IMG/VR virus record: IMGVR_UViG_3300012231_000037
Span: 1-30,007 of that record
Reading direction: 5' to 3' (one strand)
Origin: a virus
Lineage: Duplodnaviria > Caudoviricetes
Length of the DNA: 30,007 nt
Shown here: one piece after another, positions 1 through 7,650 of the stretch
How positions within the stretch are numbered: the first letter of the stretch is position 1
Layout of the letters: each line of letters opens with the position of its first letter
Translations under genes and position numbers: made by a program
Notes under the pieces: model-generated
The model's input: the letters and a program-made list of their open reading frames with translations, nothing else
Database searches by the model: none
What the model was told of the DNA's origin: nothing

Positions 1-1919
1 ACGAACTGCGTATTGAAGACTTCTTGGATGCGGGGCAACAGGCCCGCATCCATCAGGTCTGCGTCCAGCTCGTCGTGGACCGTGAAGCGCAAGGTCAGGC
101 CGAGCTCGACCCGACGATTATACACCTCGACGAGCATCCGCTTGTTGATATCTGCGGCGGTCCCTTGGATCACGCGATTGAGTGCAGAGTGCAGGCGCTG
201 GCCATCGGGGAACCTTGCCCGACGGCCTAGCCAGGTGTGGACATACCCGCGTTCCTTCGCGACGTTCTTGGCCAGGTCGAGCGTCCGCTTGCCGGCAGGG
301 ACCATGCGGTCATACGCCGCCATGACGGCGTTGGACTCGGCGAGGAGCGGCTCGTCCTTCATCCGACGCTTCATCTCGAGCGGACGATACTTCTCCGTCA
401 AGTCCTCGTACTGCTGCTGCGTGATCGTCCCGAGGGTGAGCGCGAACTTGATCGGCCCTGACCCAAACAGCTTACAGAAGTTCGTGATCTTCGTCTTCTT
501 GCGCTTGATGTCGGGCTTCGCTACCATCAGCAGCTGCTGCACGATGGCGTGGTAGTCCGTCTCGGGACCTGACGTGAAGTACTCCTCGCCTTCAATCGTG
601 ATCGTCTCATACGGCGCCTCGGCATTGTAGCGCGCGAGAATGCCCGCGTCGTCGGCATAGTGGGCGAAGATGCGATACTCGATCTGCTTCGCATCCGCGG
701 CCAACCACAGTCGGCCGCGTTCGGGCTTGAACAGGTTCCGCACCACATATTGCTCGCACCACTTGCGCGACGTCTGCTTGTCCGCCGAGACGACCTGCTG
801 CACGTTGAAACCGCCGAAGTCATCGCCGGACGACGAGAACCGTCCGCTGACGGTGCCGCCGAATCGGTCGCCGCCTTCGTCCTTGCTGTAACGCAGCTGG
901 TGCAGGTCGTAGCGGATCCAACCATCAGCTCGCACCGTCATCGCGTACTTGTCCAGATACTTGCTCAGCAAGTCTGCGAGCTGACCCGCACGTAGAATTT
1001 TTTGGATGACAGGGTGCTTGATGGCGCCGAGGACTTCGGCGGTGAAGGAGGGCTTCGGGTTGCCCGCTTTGTCGAAGCCGCCGGTGAAGGCGGTGAAGGG
1101 AATCTTGAGCGCGTTGAACAGGCGCACCAGGTCGGCGCTCGAGTCGGGCGAACGCATCGGGACGCCGGTGTCCTGATAGACGGCCCACATGAGTGCGTCG
1201 TATTCGGCTCGAGCTTGCTCTCTCCAGAGAGCGAGCTTGTCCATGTCCAAGAACGCGCCGTTCTTTTCCATCTCGAGCACAACGGGGATCACGGACTGCT
1301 CCAGCTTGAGGACGTCCTCAAGCTGCTGGGCAACGATCTGCGGCTGCATGATGCGGATGAGATCGTCGACCAGTTCCACGTCATGCACCGCATACGGCGC
1401 GACCTCCCACGCCGGCAACTTGTGCAAGTCGCCTTTGTTCCGTAGGTTGAGATCGATCTTCCCCGCCTCCTCTCCCAAGTATTCCTTGGCGAGCAAGTCG
1501 AGTCCGAATCGCTTGCGGTGATCGTCGAGGAGCGCGGCGTGGTGTTGCACGTCGCCGAACGTGCAGCCTTGCTCGACCAGGTCCACGCCCCAGACGCGCG
1601 AGATATGGCCGTCAAACTTGATCTGGGCGTTGTCGATATGCACACCGCGAAGCGTGCGCATCCAACGCTTGACCGCGTCCTCATCCAAGTTGCCGCCGCC
1701 CTTGTGACCGAACGGCAGGTAACCGCGTCGTCCAGACTTGGGCAGGAGATACGCCCAGCCGCACGGTCGAGAATCTGCCCACCATTCCAATCCTGTGGTC
1801 TCAGCATCAAGACGGATGAGGGTCTCGCCCATTAGATCAGGCGGCTCGTCAGGACGCCACCCTTCTGGCGCCTGCGTCGTGCGGGGCAGGTCGAACAGGT
1901 CGGACAGTCGCTTCGCCAT
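1..1919 (-). CDS. polA: Family A DNA polymerase (3'-5' exonuclease + polymerase domains), 3' end outside window
   Basis: Manual translation from ATG 1919 (MAKRLSDLF...), open to the window edge and absent from the ORF track because it has no stop. ExoI LDAETTG, ExoII NAQIKFD, ExoIII YAVHD, GTVSGRFSSS, motif A ADAKQIEYR, motif B RKKTKITNFCKLFG, NRVIQGTAAD, motif C TVHDEL. Confidence 0.96.
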   Translation of the reverse strand, partial: MAKRLSDLFDLPRTTQAPEGWRPDEPPDLMGETLIRLDAETTGLEWWADSRPCGWAYLLPKSGRRGYLPFGHKGGGNLDEDAVKRWMRTLRGVHIDNAQIKFDGHISRVWGVDLVEQGCTFGDVQHHAALLDDHRKRFGLDLLAKEYLGEEAGKIDLNLRNKGDLHKLPAWEVAPYAVHDVELVDDLIRIMQPQIVAQQLEDVLKLEQSVIPVVLEMEKNGAFLDMDKLALWREQARAEYDALMWAVYQDTGVPMRSPDSSADLVRLFNALKIPFTAFTGGFDKAGNPKPSFTAEVLGAIKHPVIQKILRAGQLADLLSKYLDKYAMTVRADGWIRYDLHQLRYSKDEGGDRFGGTVSGRFSSSGDDFGGFNVQQVVSADKQTSRKWCEQYVVRNLFKPERGRLWLAADAKQIEYRIFAHYADDAGILARYNAEAPYETITIEGEEYFTSGPETDYHAIVQQLLMVAKPDIKRKKTKITNFCKLFGSGPIKFALTLGTITQQQYEDLTEKYRPLEMKRRMKDEPLLAESNAVMAAYDRMVPAGKRTLDLAKNVAKERGYVHTWLGRRARFPDGQRLHSALNRVIQGTAADINKRMLVEVYNRRVELGLTLRFTVHDELDADLMDAGLLPRIQEVFNTQF

Positions 1920-1939
1920 AGTATGTAGTTTCTACACGG

Positions 1940-2089
1940 TCAGGGTGCGACCTGACGTGCTCGCGAGCACGTCAGGAAGGCCCAAAGCCGGCCGCAGGCG
2001 CTCCGCAGGGACGCGAGCGCCTGACCTGACGACGTGACGCACCCGGCGCCGGTCGCGCCTGTCAGGCGCCAGGGACTTTCGCTATTCAT
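1940..2089 (-). CDS. Possible 49-aa ORF partly built from duplicated pieces of the upstream gene
   Basis: ATG overlaps the stop of 2086..2910 (ATGA). It carries CVTSSGQA and ALASL, both also present in the upstream protein. Confidence 0.3.
   Translation of the reverse strand: MNSESPWRLTGATGAGCVTSSGQALASLRSACGRLWAFLTCSRARQVAP
1951..1976. repeat. Perfect 26-bp palindrome CCTGACGTGCTCGCGAGCACGTCAGG upstream of polA
   Basis: Read directly; the sequence equals its reverse complement. Confidence 0.9.
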
Positions 2090-2910
2090 TCGCCATCCTC
2101 CTCGGCGTCGTCGTCCTGTGCCTGACCTGACGACGTGACGCACGAACCGTAGTCAGGCTTGGACAGCTGGGACATCGTGCGCTTGATGACCTTCAGCGGG
2201 TTCGCAGGCGGCTTGTGGCCATCGTTCAACAGCGCCACGGCGATCTCCTCGAGGGTGCCCGACTTCCCCGGCAGGGACGCGAGCGCCACGACGACGCGGT
2301 GCTGGGGGTTCCCGTCGTCGTATCGTTCGCCGCGCTTCTGCGTCTTCGCTTTCTTCAGGTCGGCGGAGATGAGGGTGAAGACGGGAGCCACCTTGTCGGT
2401 GGCCGCGCGCTTCGGTGCCGCGACCTGTTCCACAGGCGAGGCCGCCATCGCGGGAGCGATGTATTCGTGCTCATGCGGGTGGCAGATATGTCCGCGCTGT
2501 TGACCGCACTTCGCGCAGACGGGCGTCTTCTGGGCTGCGCGAGCGAGTGCGCGCTTGCCCTGTCCGCGGGGTGCGGGACCGGCCTTGGTGACGGACATGG
2601 TCGCCTCCGAGTATCCGAGTACGGTGTTGGGACCGCGGTCCTTGCGGACCTGTTCATACGTACCGATGAACTCCACGTTCTTCGCCGTCAACTCGCTGAC
2701 GGCCACCTCTCGCTCGAACGAGGAGAACGGTGAGATCTTCTTGGCACCGACGCGACCTGGCGAGAACACCGTCGTCTGACAGGTTGCGGGCTGTTCGGGC
2801 AACGCGACCACGGCCGCGAACGTGGGCTCGAGTGATTCGACGTAGACGAGCGTGCCGTCCAACGACAGGACGACGATGGTCCCCGGGACGAGCGTGACTC
2901 CGCGCTTCAC
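2086..2910 (-). CDS. Hypothetical protein (CxxC...H Zn site, possible C-terminal DNA-binding helix domain, acidic tail)
   Basis: 274-aa ORF, GTG start with GGAGG RBS, CAKCGQQRGHICHPHEH motif. A second in-frame GGAGG-ATG lies at 2598. Confidence 0.8.
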   Translation of the reverse strand: MKRGVTLVPGTIVVLSLDGTLVYVESLEPTFAAVVALPEQPATCQTTVFSPGRVGAKKISPFSSFEREVAVSELTAKNVEFIGTYEQVRKDRGPNTVLGYSEATMSVTKAGPAPRGQGKRALARAAQKTPVCAKCGQQRGHICHPHEHEYIAPAMAASPVEQVAAPKRAATDKVAPVFTLISADLKKAKTQKRGERYDDGNPQHRVVVALASLPGKSGTLEEIAVALLNDGHKPPANPLKVIKRTMSQLSKPDYGSCVTSSGQAQDDDAEEDGE

Positions 2911-3266
2911 AGTGCCTCCTGTCGGATGCGACCTTCCCGCATCCGTTCATGGATGGTGCCGAGCATGAGATGGGTGGGTTCGACGCACAAGGGCTCGCTG
3001 TGATGCTCACCGCCGACGTGAGGACATTTGGCAATGTGGATCACTTCACTCAGACCCAGCCGCGATTGCAGGTCCAGCGACGTGACGTTCTCCTCGGACC
3101 ACATGAGTCGGGTAGCTTGATACTCGACACCCCGCACGCGGAAGACGTTGGGTCGTCCGGTATGCGGTGAGTAGTACATCAAGCAGCCATCGGGCGTGCG
3201 CTGACAACATGCGAGAAGTTCTGCGCGCTCAGCGCGCGTGAGATTCGGCAGTCTCTTGTGGGCCAT
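2907..3266 (-). CDS. HNH-like (Zn-binding) endonuclease, divergent
   Basis: GCLMY...YQATRLMW...VIHIAKC...PLCVEPTHLMLGT resembles the phage HNH pattern GCW.W...AHR..W...HxC.N..CVNP.HL..GT. Start may instead be 3350. Confidence 0.65.
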   Translation of the reverse strand: MAHKRLPNLTRAERAELLACCQRTPDGCLMYYSPHTGRPNVFRVRGVEYQATRLMWSEENVTSLDLQSRLGLSEVIHIAKCPHVGGEHHSEPLCVEPTHLMLGTIHERMREGRIRQEAL

Positions 3267-3346
3267 AAGCATCCTTCGTGCGACCAGGCATGTTACCACG
3301 ACATGGCGCCTGTGCACCAAAAATGGGCGATGCCTGCCCATGCAGG

Positions 3347-3505
3347 TCATCGCCCGAGATCGCGCCAGCCGATGTGTCGTCCGGTCACGAGGTAGAACGC
3401 CGCGAGCAATACGCCCACGCCGATCATGCAGCATCCCAGGAGCTCGATGAGTATGAGCTTACAGGCCTCATCGGCTCCTGGGAGTGGTGGCAGCAGCGAG
3501 TTCAT
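3347..3505 (-). CDS. Small membrane protein
   Basis: ATGA-coupled start; hydrophobic stretch LILIELLGCCMIGVGVLLAAFYLV. Confidence 0.55.
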   Translation of the reverse strand: MNSLLPPLPGADEACKLILIELLGCCMIGVGVLLAAFYLVTGRHIGWRDLGR

Positions 3506-3777
3506 TGGACGCCGCAGTGCGCGACGTGCAGTCCCACGCAATGGCGATGCAACTTACCCCCGCAGCGGGGACAGGTCGAGTTGGTCTTTCCGCCTTGGTG
3601 GCACAACTTGCAGGCGTCCGCCGCATCGAGCACGACGCGGCGCTCCCGCGGTGCGCGCTCTTCTCGCACGCGGGGCTCGTTGTTGAACACCCGCGCGGCT
3701 TTCGGCACTGTGCCGCACGCCGGGCACCGCGGCCGACGTTCGCTGAAGACGTGCGAGCAATCGCGGCACGTCGTCAT
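3502..3777 (-). CDS. Cys-rich double zinc-finger protein
   Basis: CRDC...CPAC and CKLC...CPRC...HRHC...H..HC. GGGAGG RBS and ATGA overlap; an alternative RBS-led start lies at 3864. Confidence 0.7.
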   Translation of the reverse strand: MTTCRDCSHVFSERRPRCPACGTVPKAARVFNNEPRVREERAPRERRVVLDAADACKLCHQGGKTNSTCPRCGGKLHRHCVGLHVAHCGVQ

Positions 3778-4148
3778 CGGTCCTCCCTTCCAGAGGGTGT
3801 TCTCGTCGCCGGGTCGGTGATACCGCTCGGGTAATTCCGCAGCGGGAATGGGCTTGCCGGGCATCGTCGCCTCCCTTGGTAGTCGTCCGTGCGTGTCTCG
3901 GTGTCGTAGTTCGTGCAGAGGTAAGCCAGCTGCGCGGCGAGTTCCGCCGCGCGGACCTCGTCGGTCGCGCCGCGGATGTTGTTGAGCAGGCGGTTCAGAT
4001 CGAACCACAGGTCTCGGGCGACCTGTCGCGCGTATTCCCGCACCATGCGCCGTTCGATAATGCGACGGTGCGGCGTGCGCTCGCGGATGTCTTCCTCGCA
4101 AGCCTCGCGCCACCCGGGTTGACGCAGGTCCATCGCGCGCTCGCTCAC
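3774..4148 (-). CDS. Hypothetical protein
   Basis: GTGA overlap with the upstream stop; phage-like codon use. Confidence 0.6.
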   Translation of the reverse strand: MSERAMDLRQPGWREACEEDIRERTPHRRIIERRMVREYARQVARDLWFDLNRLLNNIRGATDEVRAAELAAQLAYLCTNYDTETRTDDYQGRRRCPASPFPLRNYPSGITDPATRTPSGREDR

Positions 4149-4861
4149 TTGACGCGCTCGACTTTCACCGGCGGCACCTGACGCTTGACGACGGCCACCC
4201 GCTTGTAGATGCCGCCCACCGCTTCGACTTGCTGACGCGCGAGTGCCACGGCTTCCTTCTCGGTGTCGCATCCTGTGTAGAGGCCGATGCGACCGGCCGC
4301 TTGCGTCGCATCGAGCCAGGGACCGACGAAGTTCCGCGCCTTCGCTACGTCGCGCGTTGTGCCTTCCATGTCGGCCCGCATCTGATGAAAGTCCATCGGC
4401 TGTCCGTACCGCGTGATCGGGACGTGCGGGTCGGTGATGAGGTGACGCAGCTTCTCATTCCGCCGTTCTTCAGCAATGCGCTCCGTGTCCCAAGACTCTC
4501 GCGGGTGCGGTGCTGTTCGACAGGCCTCGGTCAGTTCAGCTCGAGTCGCGCGACGTGCGTACTCCGCCGTGATCGCGGACAGTTCAGGATCGAACGTCGG
4601 GCCCGCGAGCCACTCGACCGTTTTCTCGCCGCGCATGACGGCGCCGACGACGGTCCTGTAGTTCCGCACCCTCGAGAGTTCGGTGCGCAGTGCACGGGTC
4701 AGGCGCTGCGCCTGCATCCGCACGTCACCGGTGAGCGCCTCCGCCTTGAGGATGTTGTTGCACATGGGGCAGTAATTGGCGTGGTCATCCGAGCACCGAT
4801 AATGCGGCGCCGCGCTCTGCGCTCGAGCGCACATGAGATTGTGGCAGTACATCGTCGTCAT
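4145..4861 (-). CDS. Hypothetical protein with N-terminal Zn ribbon
   Basis: 238 aa, CHNLMC...CPMC, TAATG coupling with the upstream gene. Confidence 0.75.
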   Translation of the reverse strand: MTTMYCHNLMCARAQSAAPHYRCSDDHANYCPMCNNILKAEALTGDVRMQAQRLTRALRTELSRVRNYRTVVGAVMRGEKTVEWLAGPTFDPELSAITAEYARRATRAELTEACRTAPHPRESWDTERIAEERRNEKLRHLITDPHVPITRYGQPMDFHQMRADMEGTTRDVAKARNFVGPWLDATQAAGRIGLYTGCDTEKEAVALARQQVEAVGGIYKRVAVVKRQVPPVKVERVK

Positions 4862-5181
4862 TAGTCCCTCCCCAGACGTTCGTCCATCTCGTCGCGCGGG
4901 TCAGCGTATTGCTGACCGTCGTCTGCATCGCGCTCCCGCTCGTGATCGAAGGCTTCATCGGTGCGACCTGCGATCGTGCCCTCGATGTCCTCGATGAGCT
5001 GCTGCGCCTGTGAGCGCAACGTCTCGAGGTCTTCGTCCGAGCGCGTGGACAGGTTGCGAGAGATCGCGTTACGGGCATCCTCCTCCTCGATGAAGATGCC
5101 GCCGTGAGCGGGGTTCCGCACAGGTCGCTCAGGGTGCCCGGTCGACCTGGTGAACTGCAAGAACTGCGCAAGCGCCCTCAT
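4861..5181 (-). CDS. Hypothetical acidic protein
   Basis: 106 aa, coupled to both neighbours. Confidence 0.65.
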   Translation of the reverse strand: MRALAQFLQFTRSTGHPERPVRNPAHGGIFIEEEDARNAISRNLSTRSDEDLETLRSQAQQLIEDIEGTIAGRTDEAFDHERERDADDGQQYADPRDEMDERLGRD

Positions 5182-5954
5182 TGATTTTCTCCTACGCGCC
5201 ACGCAGCCCAGATCATCTGACCGTAAGTGTGATGACCTATGCGCTGGAATTGCGCACCCTCTGCTGTAAGAATTTTTTCAATCTCACCCGGTCGATCATT
5301 GACTTGGTCATGACCGTTGACCATGTTGACGACGAGAATGCCTCCGGGCAACAGCACCCTCCACTTAACTAATCGTCGAACACTCAGCAATGTCTCGGGG
5401 TTTGTGCAAAACCCCATCGTATCGAAGTGGGCGAAGTTAACCTTGAGACCTGCATCCGACAGTTCGATCAAGGCTTCGGAAAGAGACTTGTTGATGACTC
5501 GCATCCCCAATGGAACGAAGGCACGAGTCAAGCTCGCAGCGAGAGATGGTTCGCGTTCCACAGCGATCACGTCGGTCCAAGGAACTCCCGCCCCGTAGAC
5601 GTAATGTTCAGGCTCAATCATACGGGGGCCCGGCATACAAAGAACAGGCCCGCCTTGATTCCGACGACACAAGTCAGCCAGGATGAGACGCTGACGTTCC
5701 TTGTCTACGCTTGCGTAATCATCCGCGTTAGAACTTGCCGGACGAGATTTCTTCGAACGGGCCCGCTCATTACGACAACCCTTGCAGATCTTGGTGGCGT
5801 AACCCAAGTCTCGGGGCGCACCCGCCGCATGATTCCAGATGATGATGTTTTGATGACCTGGCTTATCACAAGCAGGGTTCTTCCACCGGGGGTCATTCAG
5901 TTCCTCGGGAGTGCAAGGTCGAGCACTGAACTTGGGGATCCAGTTGGTGCTCAT
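5178..5954 (-). CDS. Putative class I SAM-dependent methyltransferase-fold protein with N-terminal Zn-binding motif
   Basis: ATG 5954 with GGGGAGG RBS. VLCMPG (motif I-like), VIAVERE (motif II), FAHFDTMG, LLPGGILVVN. N-terminal C..GH...CKGC. Confidence 0.6.
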   Translation of the reverse strand: MSTNWIPKFSARPCTPEELNDPRWKNPACDKPGHQNIIIWNHAAGAPRDLGYATKICKGCRNERARSKKSRPASSNADDYASVDKERQRLILADLCRRNQGGPVLCMPGPRMIEPEHYVYGAGVPWTDVIAVEREPSLAASLTRAFVPLGMRVINKSLSEALIELSDAGLKVNFAHFDTMGFCTNPETLLSVRRLVKWRVLLPGGILVVNMVNGHDQVNDRPGEIEKILTAEGAQFQRIGHHTYGQMIWAAWRVGENQ

Positions 5955-6172
5955 CGCGTCCTCCCCGCGTGACCCGCATGCCAGGCACCGCAGTCGGGAC
6001 ACTCGTAAGCGTGGATCCGACTCGAGCGATGCAGTCCGTGGGTGATCACGTCCTGCACTTGCGCCTCGGCAGCTTCGCGCGTCGGCTGTTGGATCTTGGG
6101 GTAGCACTTGCGGGTGAGCGCCCGCAGTACAGGCAGGTCGGCGAGTCGGAATGCGCGATGACTCAGGATCAT
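5951..6172 (-). CDS. Small Zn-ribbon phage protein
   Basis: AAGGGAG RBS; C..K.....AA...RIHAYECPDCGAWH pattern. Confidence 0.7.
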   Translation of the reverse strand: MILSHRAFRLADLPVLRALTRKCYPKIQQPTREAAEAQVQDVITHGLHRSSRIHAYECPDCGAWHAGHAGRTR

Positions 6173-6189
6173 GATGTTCTCCCTTCGTG

Positions 6190-6232
6190 AAAGTGAACGC
6201 GGCGACCCATCACGAGGACAGGCCGCCGCGTC
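6190..6232 (-). terminator. Probable intrinsic terminator
   Basis: 16-bp GC stem with G-U pairs (GACGCGGCGGCCTGTC / GATGGGTCGCCGCGTT) followed by CACTTT, just after the stop of 6241..6528. Confidence 0.55.
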
Positions 6233-6240
6233 ATACCGAG

Positions 6241-6528
6241 CTACTTCTTCGCGTCGGTCTTCTTCGCCTTCTTCTCCTTGGGCTGCTTGCCCTTGAGCGA
6301 GGAGTCGATGCGCGTGAGGATCTTCTCGAGGCGCGGGCTGCCGAGCGCGCTGTCGATGCGCCCCGCGACCTGGATCGCGTCCGACGCGGCCAGCTTCTGC
6401 GCGAGCGGGGCCTTCTTGTCCGCCATCACGGCGAACTCGGGGCTGATCGCGTTGTTGAGCTCCGTCTTGGCGAGCGCGATGCCATCGCGGACCGACTTGA
6501 CGGCGGCGACGACTTTGCTGATGTCCAT
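6241..6528 (-). CDS. Hypothetical helical protein with Lys-rich tail
   Basis: 95 aa, AAGGAG RBS, strongly biased codons, C-terminus KGKQPKEKKAKKTDAKK. Confidence 0.85.
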   Translation of the reverse strand: MDISKVVAAVKSVRDGIALAKTELNNAISPEFAVMADKKAPLAQKLAASDAIQVAGRIDSALGSPRLEKILTRIDSSLKGKQPKEKKAKKTDAKK

Positions 6529-6654
6529 GGTGTGTGATCTCCTTCACGAACACGCCGCGGCATGCGGCGTGACCCGACAGGCGTTGGGACCTGTCACGGG
6601 GTTTGCCGGCGAGCGATGACTGACCGTGCCATCGTGCTCGCCGTCCCTCACCCT

Positions 6655-6840
6655 TCAGCGCAGGCAGTACCCGGCGGCGACACACAGCGCCGCCAGGACG
6701 CACGCGAGCCACCACGGCGGCGGCGTCCAGGACGCGGGCCGCATGAACGACTCATTGGGCGGGTCGGTGTTGACGACGAGGCCGTCTGGCGCGACCAGGC
6801 GGGACCACGTCGTCGGGGCAGGCATCTCAGTCGTCGTCAT
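6655..6840 (-). CDS. Small membrane protein
   Basis: GGAGG upstream; C-terminal TM segment WWLACVLAALCVAAGYCL. Confidence 0.5.
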   Translation of the reverse strand: MTTTEMPAPTTWSRLVAPDGLVVNTDPPNESFMRPASWTPPPWWLACVLAALCVAAGYCLR

Positions 6841-7054
6841 CGTCATCCTCCTCGTCATCATCATCATCGATCCCATCGTCCTGTGTCAACGGCTGCTCAG
6901 ACATCGCCGCGACTGGATAATCGGGACGTGCTCCAATTGTCGCGAACATGACATCGAGCGGGGTAAACTCGCGCCCGCACTTTCCGCACTTCTGACGCGG
7001 ACCGGGCTTGAGGCGGTTACGCTGGCCACATGAGCACGCGGCGATTACAGCCAT
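6827..7054 (-). CDS. Zn-ribbon protein resembling the thioredoxin-2 N-terminal Zn domain, with poly-acidic tail
   Basis: CSCGQRNRL...KCGKCG pattern; tail DDGIDDDDDEEDDDDDD. Confidence 0.7.
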   Translation of the reverse strand: MAVIAACSCGQRNRLKPGPRQKCGKCGREFTPLDVMFATIGARPDYPVAAMSEQPLTQDDGIDDDDDEEDDDDDD

Positions 7055-7057
7055 GAC

Positions 7058-7216
7058 TCATTTACCTCCACACAGGAGAAACCCGAGGAGAAAGAACAGG
7101 CTCCAGGCACCCGCAAGACCGAGCATCCCGATGACCTGTCCGACCACGTACCAATTGATGCGGAGACGCGGCAAGCGCCACGCCTCCTGGAAGCCCGCGC
7201 GCAGCGCGCGAGTCAT
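7058..7216 (-). CDS. Small membrane protein (52 aa)
   Basis: Manual translation MTRALRAGFQEAWRLPRLRINWYVVGQVIGMLGLAGAWSLFFLLGFLLCGGK; ATGA coupling. Confidence 0.6.
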   Translation of the reverse strand: MTRALRAGFQEAWRLPRLRINWYVVGQVIGMLGLAGAWSLFFLLGFLLCGGK

Positions 7217-7650
7217 GAGCGCACCCAGCCGAGGCCTGCCTGCCCGAACGCCGTCCGCGCGACCTGCAAGCCCTTCTGGGTGCGCACTCGCCAGGCACGG
7301 ATGGCGCCGAGCTTGTCGCCCGACTCGAACTGACGACGCTCGACGTTGGTGACTCGCACGTCACGCTCGAGCTCGAGCTCAGCGAGCAAGCCCTTCGTAC
7401 TGACGTGGATCTGAAGCAGGTCCCGCAGGGACGCGAGAAGGTCCCCGTTGACCACGTTCTGATTTCCCGGCGTCAGGTAGTTGGCGACGAGCGCGAGCGC
7501 ACGCTGTTCGGTCGTCAACGACTGCTCGGCCAACGCGACGGCGACGACAAAGCGCGAGCGCAGGTCAGGCGCCATCTGCACACGCACCGCACCGGCGCGC
7601 TCGATGTCCTGACAGACGGTGAGCAAGGTCTCCATGGCGGCCTCCATCAT
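7213..7650 (-). CDS. Hypothetical protein with C-terminal ribosomal L7/L12-like motif
   Basis: GDKLGAIRAWRVRTQKGLQVARTAF resembles G.KI.AIK..R..TG.GL.EAK..V. Confidence 0.6.
   Translation of the reverse strand: MMEAAMETLLTVCQDIERAGAVRVQMAPDLRSRFVVAVALAEQSLTTEQRALALVANYLTPGNQNVVNGDLLASLRDLLQIHVSTKGLLAELELERDVRVTNVERRQFESGDKLGAIRAWRVRTQKGLQVARTAFGQAGLGWVRS

Noticed and set aside
6827-6880. (GAT/GAC)n microsatellite-like tract, also at 9058-9100
   Set aside because: Explained by acidic codons and RBS context; not a pure tandem repeat.
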